DNA of 64,000 bases, from contig JBBRPR010000002.1 of NCBI GenBank assembly GCA_038227875.1, positions 96,001 to 160,000 on the forward strand. Reading direction: 5' to 3'. Positions 35,640 through 44,575 of the stretch are shown one piece after another (within the stretch, counting starts at the first letter, position 1; each line of letters begins with the position of its first letter). This DNA is from Planctomycetota bacterium (GTDB lineage: Bacteria; Planctomycetota; SZUA-567; H5-PLA8). A program made the translations under genes and the position numbers. The notes below the pieces were generated by a model. The model saw nothing but the letters and a program-made list of their open reading frames with translations, searched no databases and was not told where the DNA came from.

Positions 35640-37802
35640 ATGAAGACGTTTCAAATCGGCATGGTGCTGTTGCTGGCGGCGGCTCTGGCGGCCGTCTCGG
35701 CGCGGGCGGAAGAGGATGACCTGTACTACCTCTATGTGAAAAACGCACCGGAATTCAAACCCGTCAAGCAGGATCCCGCCGGCTGGACCGCGCGCTGGGA
35801 TACCTGGATTTACATGCCCTGGCGTTACCAGTGGGGCATTGGCACCGGCGACGAAGGCGGCCAGTTCTGCAAGGATTACGGCTTCAACGGCGGCTTCACC
35901 GATCACGGCGATCCCGGTCCTCTGCCGTGGCTGGAAAAGTGGAATTTGAAATTCTACAACGATCACACCGCCTCCAAGGGCTGGCTCCATCTGGGCACCG
36001 GCGATTTCAAAAAATACATGCGCGATCCGCGTGTCATTCGCACCGGTTCCAACGGCCCGGCGCCGCTGAATGAAGCGATGATGACCAAACTCAAGAAGAT
36101 CGTCACCGACGGCGTCAACAATCTGAAGAAGAGTCCCGTCCGCGCCGCGTATTCGCTGGACGACGAAATCTCCACCGGCTCGTTCGTGAAGCCGCTGGCC
36201 TGGCGCGTCAACGACGACGACAAGGCCTACGAAAAGTGGCTGGAAAGCTACTACGGCAAGAATCCGCCGAAGGCGCAGTACGTCACCGCCGATTCCTTCG
36301 CCAGCCAGTACGGCAAGGCGCTCAAGGATCTGGATTTTTCCCCGCTGCTGGATCGCATGACCTACAACGATTCGGTCTGGGCCAACTTCCTGGGCGAACT
36401 GGTGGAATGCTCCAACGCCGCCGATCCGGACACGCCGTGCGGCTTCGTGGGCGGACAGTCGCCGAACACCTTCGGCGGTTACGACTACGCCAAGCTCTGC
36501 AGAAAGATTCAGTTCATCGAAGCGTACCTGGGAACCGCGCAGTCGATCATTCGCTCGTTCAATCCCAACATCCCGCAGGTGACGACGCATTTCCACAACG
36601 ACAAGCTCGGCACGGTCAATGATTTTTGGCAGGAATGGTGGTGCCTGGCGCACGGCAACCGCGGCATGATCGGCTGGGTCGAAGGCTGGTTCGACGGCAA
36701 GACGCCGCGCAAGTGGCTGGAAGACTGGAAGGGCCCGAACAAGGAACTCTGCACCGTCCAGGGGCCGAAAGTGGTCGGCAGCAAATGGGTCCACGACGGC
36801 ATCGCGATCTACTACTCGCAGGCGTCGATCCAGGTGTCGTGGTGTCTGGACATTGAAGCGCATGGCAAGACCTGGCCCAACCGCGGCAGCGACGACGCGC
36901 ACGGCACGTGGCATCTGGTGCGCAAGGCCTGGGAGGAGATCCTGACGGATTCCGGACTGCAGTACAATTGGATCAGCTACGATCAGGTGGTGCTCACCGG
37001 CGTGCCCAAGGATTACAAAGTCCTGATCCTGCCGGCCAACTACGCGCTGTCGGACATCGAAGCCAAGCACATCCGCGAATTCTGCGAAGGTGGCGGCACG
37101 GTGATCGCCGATTTCGCCTGCGGCATCTTCGATCAGCACGGCAAGGGCCGCGCCAAGGGCGCGCTGGATGACATGTTCGGCGTGGCGCACGACGGCTCGG
37201 AAACCAAGAAGGATTTCTTCGCCGGCTCACTGTGGGTCGAGACCGATCAGGATTCCGGCTTCAACGCTGGCATCAAGAAGCTCCTGGCGACGCTCAGCCC
37301 CAAGCTGCAGGACGGCTTCGCCATCGCCGAGCCGAAGATCAAGGTGAACAACGTCAAGAAGGTGGGCACGGGCTCGGCGGTGTACCTGAACCTTTCTCCT
37401 CAGCGCTACCTGCTCTACCGCGAAGAGAAGACCACCGACGACGCGCAGCGCGCGGTCTTCACCAAGGCGATCACCGATGCCGGCGTGAAGCCCTGGGTGA
37501 AAGTCACCGCCAACGGCAAGCGGCCGGTGAACTGCGAAACGACGTACTTCACGAAGAACGGCCGGACGTTTGTCTTCATCGTTCAGAACGCGACGGTGAC
37601 GTCGACGTCACTGGGCGACACGAAGACCGAAGGCCTGGGCGCCGGCAAGCTCAACGTCGACGTGGAATTCTCCGGCGCCGTGAAAGACGCCATCGACGAA
37701 CGCGCCGGCAAGAAGCTCGGCGACGGCGCGAAGTTCCAAGTCGAGTTCAACACCGCCGAAGCCGCGCTGTTGAGCTTTGACGGCAAGCCTCCGGGGAAGT
37801 GA
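35640..37802 (+). CDS. secreted glycoside-hydrolase-like protein with beta-galactosidase trimerisation-like domain
   Basis: Signal peptide; TIM-barrel-like region with SLDDE; IAIYYS, GLQYNWIS, YKVLILP..ALSD.E...IREF..GGGTVIAD. Confidence 0.7.
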   Translation: MKTFQIGMVLLLAAALAAVSARAEEDDLYYLYVKNAPEFKPVKQDPAGWTARWDTWIYMPWRYQWGIGTGDEGGQFCKDYGFNGGFTDHGDPGPLPWLEKWNLKFYNDHTASKGWLHLGTGDFKKYMRDPRVIRTGSNGPAPLNEAMMTKLKKIVTDGVNNLKKSPVRAAYSLDDEISTGSFVKPLAWRVNDDDKAYEKWLESYYGKNPPKAQYVTADSFASQYGKALKDLDFSPLLDRMTYNDSVWANFLGELVECSNAADPDTPCGFVGGQSPNTFGGYDYAKLCRKIQFIEAYLGTAQSIIRSFNPNIPQVTTHFHNDKLGTVNDFWQEWWCLAHGNRGMIGWVEGWFDGKTPRKWLEDWKGPNKELCTVQGPKVVGSKWVHDGIAIYYSQASIQVSWCLDIEAHGKTWPNRGSDDAHGTWHLVRKAWEEILTDSGLQYNWISYDQVVLTGVPKDYKVLILPANYALSDIEAKHIREFCEGGGTVIADFACGIFDQHGKGRAKGALDDMFGVAHDGSETKKDFFAGSLWVETDQDSGFNAGIKKLLATLSPKLQDGFAIAEPKIKVNNVKKVGTGSAVYLNLSPQRYLLYREEKTTDDAQRAVFTKAITDAGVKPWVKVTANGKRPVNCETTYFTKNGRTFVFIVQNATVTSTSLGDTKTEGLGAGKLNVDVEFSGAVKDAIDERAGKKLGDGAKFQVEFNTAEAALLSFDGKPPGK

Positions 37803-37837
37803 GGGAATGTCGAGAAGTGAATGTCGAATGTCGAAGA
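37803..37837 (+). repeat. 35-bp GAATGTC-heptamer repeat; near-identical copy at 44707-44741, partial reverse copy at 13586-13605
   Basis: GGGAATGTCGA(G/A)AAGTGAATGTCGAATGTCGAAGA, 1 mismatch between copies. Confidence 0.85.
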
Positions 37838-37843
37838 TCGGAG

Positions 37844-37872
37844 AACTCCCCGCGGAAGCGGGGAGTTTTTTT
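37844..37872 (+). terminator. intrinsic terminator
   Basis: AACTCCCCGC-GGAA-GCGGGGAGTT followed by a T-run. Confidence 0.85.
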
Positions 37873-38011
37873 GAACGTGCTCAGTCCCGCGAATATTGCT
37901 CCTGAATGACAACGATTGTCCTGGAGCTTCTTGTCGCAAGCGATCCGGCCCGAGGGGCCGGGCCACCCCTCGCGGGTTGGTCGCTCGATTTTACAGAATC
38001 GTGGCCGTCAT

Positions 38012-41000
38012 TCAGGGCTTGAAGACTTCGACCTTGTCCTGGTCTTCTTCGCTGCCGTCGAAGGAATAGAACTGCTGCTGGGTCTGTTCGAGTTCTTCCT
38101 TGGTGGGCGTGGGGATGTTGAACTTGAGTTCGCCGAGTTCGAGCTTCTCGCCGTTCTTCACGGAGAACTCCTTCAGCGGCTTGCCACCGATCAGGCTGTT
38201 GGTTCCGGTGATCGAGTTGGTGCCGAGCTGGTAGAGCTTGTAGTCGCCCGGCGGCAGGTGGTCGATGTTGAAGAGATCGAGGTGGTTGTTCTGCAGTTCC
38301 TTGGGCGGTGTGCCGATCACCACGGGTTCGAGCGTGGGCTGCTGCTGGCGGGCCTGCATGTTGTAATAAAACGTGGCCAGGATGTCGGAGCTCACGAGCA
38401 CGAAGCTCACCGGCTGGACCAGTTTGTCCCGTGGCACATCGGGCGGGAATTGCGGCACCAGCGAGACGGCGACCGAGCCGGTCGACGGGGCGATCGTAAT
38501 GGCCTTCGCCTCGAGCTTGGCGATCTGGGCGGCGTTGTCCAGCGGCTGTGAGGCGACGCTGGCGATGCTGCGCATGATCGTGACGTTGTTGCGCTGGCCG
38601 TATTCCGGATCGTAATAGTTCTCCATGTCGGAGACGAGCACGCGGTACGAGTCCTCCGGGGCAATGAACTCGATGCGGCCCGCGCCATCGACGGTGTCGT
38701 TGGGCAGGTTTTGCATCCAGAGGTCCTCAACGCGGCCGTTCTTGAAGAACGATTCGCGATAAAGATGCGCCGTTCGGCCGGCCTGCGCGGGGCCGACGTT
38801 GAGGACGATGCCCGCGTTGCGCACGAACTGGAGCTTCACGTTTGCGGGCTCTTTCTGATCCTTGGTCAGGGTCAGGCGCGTGGCCGGTTGCGTCGGGCCG
38901 CAGCCCGGCACGTCGACAGCCACGGTGTAAATGCCCGGCGGCAGGCCTGAATACGTAAATTTACCATCGGCGCCGACGCAGGCGACCATGCTGCGCCCGG
39001 CGTGGTCGTTAAGCACGACGTTGGCGTTGACCACGGTCACTCCGGCGGGAAGTTCCAGTTGCCCGCTGATCTTCAAGCCGGTGTGCAGCGTCGCAGTGAA
39101 GAGCGACTCGTCTTCGCCGGCCACGACCGTGGCGGTGGCGTCAGGGTCGGTGAAGTAGCCGTTGAGTTCGATCTGGAGTTTGCGCGGGCCATCGGCCAGG
39201 CCCTTGAAGTGGACTTCTCCCGCCGCGTTGGTGCGCTGCATGCGGTTGCCGCCCTGCCGGCCGAAGGGATTGAAATTCGCGTTGGGCGCGGTGGGCCAGA
39301 CCTGCACGCCGGCCATCGGTTTGCCGGCCTCATCGACGGTCTTCACACGGAGCTTGCCGTAGTCGCGCTTGCGCAGGTTGACGACGATCTCGTCCACCTT
39401 CAAGTCCGGCACAGTGAGATCGAGCGTTACCGGATGGTACCCGGCGAGCGCGACGCGGATGCGGTTGGGCAGGTAGCCCATGTTGTAATAGGACATGTTG
39501 AAGTCGAACTCGCCTTTTTGATTGGTGTTGATCCCGCTGGAACTGCTGCCGAAGGCGCTGACGGTTTCCAGATTGACGGTGGCTCCTTGAGCGGGCGCTC
39601 CGGTGGGGAGCAGGATCTTGCCTTTGATGTCGCCGAACGCCTTCTTGGGCGTGGGGAGTTTCAGTTCGGGCAGGTCGGTGGCCTTGCCCGCGGCAACGTC
39701 GATGCCGTAGACGACCGCCGATTCGCCGTTGCGGCCGTGCGCCGAGAGGGCGTACTTGCCCGGGCGCAGATTCTTGATTTCGAACGTTCCGTCCTGCTTA
39801 TCCTGGGCGTAATGCGAATGCATGCCCGCGGGGTCGTAGTAGTTTTGCGTGAAGACCTGGACGCCGGCGATGATCAGGTAGTTCTCTTCGATCAGCGCGA
39901 GGGAGATGTCGTGGCAGGGCTCGCCCTTCTCGTTGACGATCTTGCCTTTCAGTGTGCTACCAGCGGAGGGCTTGAGGCTCATTTCCACCGGCGCGCCGGC
40001 CTTGATCTCAATGTCGCGCAGAGAATATTCGACCGTGTTCTCCGCCGACTGATCGTTGCCGTTGCCGCGGAAGAAGATGCGGCCCTGATTCTCTGTCGTG
40101 GTGGTGCGGAGGAGAATGTGGAACTTGCCGGGCTTGAGATTCTCCAGCGTCACTTTGCCCTTTTCGTCGGTCTGTTGAAGTGCTGCGCCGTTGTCGTACA
40201 TGCGCTGCTGGTATTCGGTTTTCAGCGCGGCCCGGGCGACAACCGGGTCGTCGGAGACTGGCACGATGCTCATGTAGAAGTGCATTTTCTCGAGCGGCTT
40301 GCCGTCTTCCTTGGAGAGCGTCAGCTGCAATGAACCGCGGGACTTGGGAGTCAGCGTGGTGTCGGGGACCTGGGTGACCTGGCCTTCGTGGATGCGGACG
40401 ACGGGGCCGAGCGTCGGTTCGCAGGATTCGTGCGTCCAGACCAGACGGTAGACGCCATCGAAGACGTTTTCGAGCTTTGCGTTGCCCTTCTCGTCGGTGG
40501 ACTGGGTGAGCTCCGGGCGTCCGCCGAAGCGGTTTTGAAAGGTCGGATCGTCGATGTATTCGCCGATATCGATCACGGTGGAGAGGAGCAGTTTGGCATC
40601 CTTGAGCGGCTTGCCGGCGGCGTCGAGGGCGCGGGCTTCGCACGTGCCGCCCTGGGTGAGCTGAACGGTGATGCGGTTGGGACCGGGTACCAGGTTGAGG
40701 CGCGAAACGTATGAGAAATTGCCCACCACCGCGCACTTCTTCCAGTTGAAGTAAACGTTGTAAACGGACGGTTCGGTCTTGAGCAGGAGCTCGGTGCCGT
40801 CGGCCTTGGTGGTGACGGCCTGGGGCTGCTGGTTTCCGCCGCCCATTTCCTTGCTGAGCGTCAGGTCGGCGCCCACGCCGGGGAGCGGCTTGCCGCTCCG
40901 GTCGAGCGTGAGCAGGGTCAGCGTGGCCTGACTGAGCTTGCCGAGCAGATCGGTGGCGGCGGCTTTGATTTCCGGATCGCTGCCGTTGGCGCCTTTTTCC

Positions 41001-41254
41001 AGCGCTTCGCGGGCGGCTTCGCCGAGGTTGGCGAGATTGGTGGAGGCGGAATTGCGTTCGTCGAAGTCTTCACTGTTGAGCCTGGAGACCCATGTGGCCG
41101 CATCGCCAGCGGCAGGCGCGGTGGTCGCGGAGGGGGATTCTTCCGCGCCAGCCGAGCCAGCCATGAATGCAAACGCAATGAGCGGCCCTGCGGACAGGAG
41201 CAGTCCGCTGGACAACTGAGAGCGCAAAGACGTGTCAGACTTTCGCAAACGCAT
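38012..41254 (-). CDS. large secreted protein with HEAT-like module and multiple carboxypeptidase-regulatory-like beta-sandwich repeats
   Basis: Repeated D..GKPL..A.V / TD.KG...LENL.PG.Y motifs; signal peptide. Confidence 0.82.
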   Translation of the reverse strand: MRLRKSDTSLRSQLSSGLLLSAGPLIAFAFMAGSAGAEESPSATTAPAAGDAATWVSRLNSEDFDERNSASTNLANLGEAAREALEKGANGSDPEIKAAATDLLGKLSQATLTLLTLDRSGKPLPGVGADLTLSKEMGGGNQQPQAVTTKADGTELLLKTEPSVYNVYFNWKKCAVVGNFSYVSRLNLVPGPNRITVQLTQGGTCEARALDAAGKPLKDAKLLLSTVIDIGEYIDDPTFQNRFGGRPELTQSTDEKGNAKLENVFDGVYRLVWTHESCEPTLGPVVRIHEGQVTQVPDTTLTPKSRGSLQLTLSKEDGKPLEKMHFYMSIVPVSDDPVVARAALKTEYQQRMYDNGAALQQTDEKGKVTLENLKPGKFHILLRTTTTENQGRIFFRGNGNDQSAENTVEYSLRDIEIKAGAPVEMSLKPSAGSTLKGKIVNEKGEPCHDISLALIEENYLIIAGVQVFTQNYYDPAGMHSHYAQDKQDGTFEIKNLRPGKYALSAHGRNGESAVVYGIDVAAGKATDLPELKLPTPKKAFGDIKGKILLPTGAPAQGATVNLETVSAFGSSSSGINTNQKGEFDFNMSYYNMGYLPNRIRVALAGYHPVTLDLTVPDLKVDEIVVNLRKRDYGKLRVKTVDEAGKPMAGVQVWPTAPNANFNPFGRQGGNRMQRTNAAGEVHFKGLADGPRKLQIELNGYFTDPDATATVVAGEDESLFTATLHTGLKISGQLELPAGVTVVNANVVLNDHAGRSMVACVGADGKFTYSGLPPGIYTVAVDVPGCGPTQPATRLTLTKDQKEPANVKLQFVRNAGIVLNVGPAQAGRTAHLYRESFFKNGRVEDLWMQNLPNDTVDGAGRIEFIAPEDSYRVLVSDMENYYDPEYGQRNNVTIMRSIASVASQPLDNAAQIAKLEAKAITIAPSTGSVAVSLVPQFPPDVPRDKLVQPVSFVLVSSDILATFYYNMQARQQQPTLEPVVIGTPPKELQNNHLDLFNIDHLPPGDYKLYQLGTNSITGTNSLIGGKPLKEFSVKNGEKLELGELKFNIPTPTKEELEQTQQQFYSFDGSEEDQDKVEVFKP

Positions 41255-41344
41255 ACCGGCCGTGCCTCCAGATATGTTCCGCGTACGGTTAAGCCGGGCC
41301 CAGGATTGAACGCTGACACCATGGACGTGTCAACGCGCCGGGCA

Positions 41345-42001
41345 TTACGCTTTCGTTGACGCAGAAACAACCGGAGCCGGAGCGGCGGCAGCGACTGGCG
41401 CGACCGGAGCAGCAGCGGGAGCCGGGCGCGGAGTGGCCGCGGCCGAAGGCCCGCCACCGGTGCGTTCCGGTTTTGCCGGTTTGTCGGGCACGGCCTGTTT
41501 CGGAGCCAGGATGAGACCGACACGCTTTCCTTCGCGGAAGGGAGGGCGTTCAACCTTGGCCGAATCGGCGAGCTGCGTCACGACGTTCTTCAGGATCTGT
41601 TCACCGATCGACTGATGGGCGATTTCGCGGCCCTTGTAGATCATGGTGAACTGCACGCGGTGGCCTGCTTCCAGGAACTCCTTGGCGTGCGTGACCTTGA
41701 TGTCGAGATCGTGCTTGCCGATCTTGAAACTCAACCGTACTTCCTTGAGATCGTGGGCGTGCGCCTTCTTGCGCGCCTTCTGTTCCTTCTTCTGTTCGTG
41801 GTAGATGTGCTTGCCGTAATCCATGATGCGGCACACCGGTGGTTCGGCCGTCGGCGCGACTTCCACCAGATCCAGTTCCAGTTCTGTGGCCTTCATGCGT
41901 GCCTGGTCGGCCAGCATGATTCCCAGCTGTGCACCTTCCGGTCCGATCACGCGGACGGTCTTCGACTTGATTTCCGCGTTAATTTTCAGTCTCTCTGAAA
42001 T
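41345..42001 (-). CDS. infC: translation initiation factor IF-3 (ATT start; Pro/Ala-rich C-terminal tail)
   Basis: INAEI..VRVIG, DLVEVAP...PPVCRIMDYGK, KGREIAH; GGAGG SD 8 nt before an in-frame ATT at 42001. Confidence 0.96.
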   Translation of the reverse strand: MSERLKINAEIKSKTVRVIGPEGAQLGIMLADQARMKATELELDLVEVAPTAEPPVCRIMDYGKHIYHEQKKEQKARKKAHAHDLKEVRLSFKIGKHDLDIKVTHAKEFLEAGHRVQFTMIYKGREIAHQSIGEQILKNVVTQLADSAKVERPPFREGKRVGLILAPKQAVPDKPAKPERTGGGPSAAATPRPAPAAAPVAPVAAAAPAPVVSASTKA

Positions 42002-42085
42002 GGCCGTAGCCTCCTTGTTCCTTGAGTATCCCCCTGCGTGGCCCGGGCACATACCCGGGTTTACAACACCTGCCTGCTCCGTCGT

Positions 42086-42229
42086 TTACTGATTCTGTCC
42101 CAAGTACAGATGCGCAACGTCGACCCGGGCCTGGGTGGTGCGCATAATGCCCGCGAATTGACCATCCGGTCCAATCAGACGGACCATCGCTGTCTTGATT
42201 TCATCGTTCATCCGTAGTCGTTCAGTCAT
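42086..42229 (-). CDS. mini IF3-N-terminal-domain paralog (47 aa), absent from the ORF track
   Basis: MTERLRMNDEIKTAMVRLIGPDGQFAGIMRTTQARVDVAHLYLGQNQ; 21/43 identical to the adjacent IF3 N-terminus by manual alignment; AAGGAGGTG SD. Confidence 0.75.
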   Translation of the reverse strand: MTERLRMNDEIKTAMVRLIGPDGQFAGIMRTTQARVDVAHLYLGQNQ

Positions 42230-42291
42230 CTGCACACCTCCTTTCGTCTGTTCTTTCGTCAACGCCTTCGCTTACGCAAATCGCTCTCCCA

Positions 42292-44280
42292 TTATGTCAA
42301 TTTGCGCTCGGTAATTTCCTGTTTCGCCCGGGCGATGAATTCCGCCACCGGCATCGTGCCCAGGTCCTTCCGTCCGCGGCCGCGGACTGCGACGCTGTTG
42401 TTGGCCGCTTCGCGTTCGCCGATGACCAGCAGGTACGGGATCTTCGCGGCTTCCGACTCGGCGACCTTGGCGTTGATCTTGTAGTGGCCGAGGTCCTCTT
42501 CCACGCGCATACCGATGGCGCGCAGTTCGGCGGAAACGCGCCGGACTGCCTCTTCCTGCTTGTCGGTGATGTTCGCCACGCGCACCTGCACGGGAGACAG
42601 CCACAGCGGGAACGCGCCGGCGAAGTGTTCGATCAGGATGCCCACGAAGCGTTCGAAGCTGCCGAACGGCGCGCGGTGGATCATCACCGGACGGTGGCGC
42701 GCGTTGTCCGCGCCGACGTATTCCAGCTTGAAGCGTTCGGGCAGATTGTAATCGAGCTGAACGGTACCCAACTGCCATTCGCGGCCGATGCAGTCCTTGA
42801 CCATGAAGTCGAGCTTCGGACCGTAGAAGGCCGCTTCGCCGGGCATTTCCTCGTGCGGCAACTTCATGTCCTTGGCGACACGCTTCAAGGTTTCTTCCGC
42901 GCGGTCCCAAGTCTTCGGGTCGCCGGTGTATTTGTCGCTCTTCGGATCGCGCAAGCTGACCTGCACGCGGTAGTCGTTCAAGCCCAGCGCGGAGAAGATC
43001 GTCTGGACCAGCCCGACGGTGCTCTGGAATTCCTGCTCGACCTGCTCGGGAGTACAGAACAGATGCGCGTCGTCCTGAGTCAATCCGCGGACGCGGGTCA
43101 TGCCGTTGAGCTCACCGGACTGCTCGTAGCGGTAGACGGTCCCGAATTCCGCCAGGCGCACCGGCAGATCGCGGTAGCTGTGCTGCTCGGCCGCGTAGAT
43201 CTGAATGTGGTGCGGGCAGTTCATCGGCTTGAGCAGGTACTCTTCGTTGCCTTCGCCTTTGAGCGTCGGGTACTGGCTGTCTTTGTAGAACGGGAAGTGG
43301 CCGGAGATCTTGTACATCTCGACGTTGCCGATGTGCGGGGTGAAGACCGGCTGGTAACCGCGCTTGAAGAGCTCCGACTGCATCAGGTTCTGCAGTTCGG
43401 TGCGCATGATCGCGCCCTTGGGCATCCAGAGCACCAGGCCCTGTCCGACCAGTTGCGACATGGTGAACAGACCCATCTGCTTGCCGATCACGCGGTGGTC
43501 GCGCTTCTTGGCTTCGTCGATGCGGTCGAGGTGTTCCTTCAGGTCCTTGGCATCGTTGAAGGCGGTGCCGTAGATGCGCTGGAGCTGCTTGAGTTTCTCG
43601 TCGCCGTGGAAGTAGGCGCCGGCGACGGCAGTGAGCTTGTACGCGCCGATGCGGCCGGTGGCCGGGACGTGCGGTCCCATGCACAGGTCTTCGAAATCCT
43701 TGCCGACGTTTGAGCCGGTGACGTAGAAGGAGAGGATCTCGCCTTCCGCGCGCTGGGCGTTGTCGAGCTTGTAGGGATTGCCTTCGGCTTCGAGCTTCTT
43801 GATGCCTTCGGCGCGCGACAGTTCGTAGCGGGTCATCGGCCGGTTTTCGGCGACGATCTTGGCCATCTCTGCTTCGATCTTGGGGAAGTCGTCGACGGAG
43901 ATTTTGTAGTCGAGATCGATGTCGCCGTAGAAGCCTTCCGACGTCGGCGGACCGTAGACCAGCTTGGCTTCGGGCCAGAGGCGGATGATGGCTTCGGTCA
44001 TCACGTGTTCGGCGGTGTGGCGGATGCAGTAGAGCGCATCGGAGTCGAGCTTGCCGTCGCGGGACTTCGGAGTCACGACCGCGAACTTTCCGCTCTTGTC
44101 GAGGGGCCTGTTGAGGTCGTGGATCTGTCCGTCGATCTTGACGGCGATGGCATCGGCGGCGAGCCGTTTGCCGATCGACGCGGCGACCTGGTATCCGGTG
44201 GTTCCCGCGCTGAATTCGTGCTGCGATCCGTCGGGGTAGGTAAGAGTAATGTTGTGTGCTCCCGGGTTAATGGTGTTCAT
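42292..44280 (-). CDS. thrS: threonine--tRNA ligase
   Basis: TGS domain, DLC.GPHV, KRDHR, LKPMNCPHH, RVRGLTQDDAH, AAFYGPKLD, HRAPFGSFERF. Confidence 0.99.
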   Translation of the reverse strand: MNTINPGAHNITLTYPDGSQHEFSAGTTGYQVAASIGKRLAADAIAVKIDGQIHDLNRPLDKSGKFAVVTPKSRDGKLDSDALYCIRHTAEHVMTEAIIRLWPEAKLVYGPPTSEGFYGDIDLDYKISVDDFPKIEAEMAKIVAENRPMTRYELSRAEGIKKLEAEGNPYKLDNAQRAEGEILSFYVTGSNVGKDFEDLCMGPHVPATGRIGAYKLTAVAGAYFHGDEKLKQLQRIYGTAFNDAKDLKEHLDRIDEAKKRDHRVIGKQMGLFTMSQLVGQGLVLWMPKGAIMRTELQNLMQSELFKRGYQPVFTPHIGNVEMYKISGHFPFYKDSQYPTLKGEGNEEYLLKPMNCPHHIQIYAAEQHSYRDLPVRLAEFGTVYRYEQSGELNGMTRVRGLTQDDAHLFCTPEQVEQEFQSTVGLVQTIFSALGLNDYRVQVSLRDPKSDKYTGDPKTWDRAEETLKRVAKDMKLPHEEMPGEAAFYGPKLDFMVKDCIGREWQLGTVQLDYNLPERFKLEYVGADNARHRPVMIHRAPFGSFERFVGILIEHFAGAFPLWLSPVQVRVANITDKQEEAVRRVSAELRAIGMRVEEDLGHYKINAKVAESEAAKIPYLLVIGEREAANNSVAVRGRGRKDLGTMPVAEFIARAKQEITERKLT

Positions 44281-44314
44281 TTTGAGCGCTCGCTTAAGAG
44301 TGTGCGACCTGCGG

Positions 44315-44339
44315 AAAAAGCAGACTCACAAGAGTCCGC
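44315..44339 (-). terminator. terminator-like hairpin in the thrS leader
   Basis: Minus strand GCGGACTC-TTGT-GAGTCTGC-TTTTT, about 35 nt upstream of the thrS ATG. Confidence 0.55.
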
Positions 44340-44491
44340 GTTGGCCGACACGCGTCGCGCGGCTTGAGCGATTCCATGCCGGAGGGCTTGCAGAGCAAAA
44401 CGCGAACGCGTAGTGCCACAGGCAGCCGCCCGGACCCACAGGCTTGATACGACTGGCGCAGAAGCGCTTGCAGGGGGAATACGAACGATCA

Positions 44492-44575
44492 TCAAGAGTC
44501 GAGACGCGTCAGTACCGTGAGAACCACGGCGGCGCTTCTCGTCGACCGCCTGGCTGGTGAAGCCAGGCGTGTCAT
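44492..44575 (-). CDS. putative 27-aa leader peptide upstream of thrS
   Basis: MTRLASPARRSTRSAAVVLTVLTRLDS*, 4 Thr codons, AAGGA upstream (close spacing); overlaps strong hairpins. Confidence 0.35.
   Translation of the reverse strand: MTRLASPARRSTRSAAVVLTVLTRLDS

Noticed and set aside
42137..42149. GGTGCGCATAATG matching the XerC arm of E. coli dif
   Set aside because: No XerD arm (TTATGTTAAAT) follows; it lies inside the mini-IF3 ORF and is probably chance
44335..44360. T-box riboswitch upstream of thrS
   Set aside because: GTGTCGGCCAACGCGG precedes the terminator and resembles the T-box tail, but lacks the UGGN needed to pair with tRNA NCCA; no stem I motifs recognised
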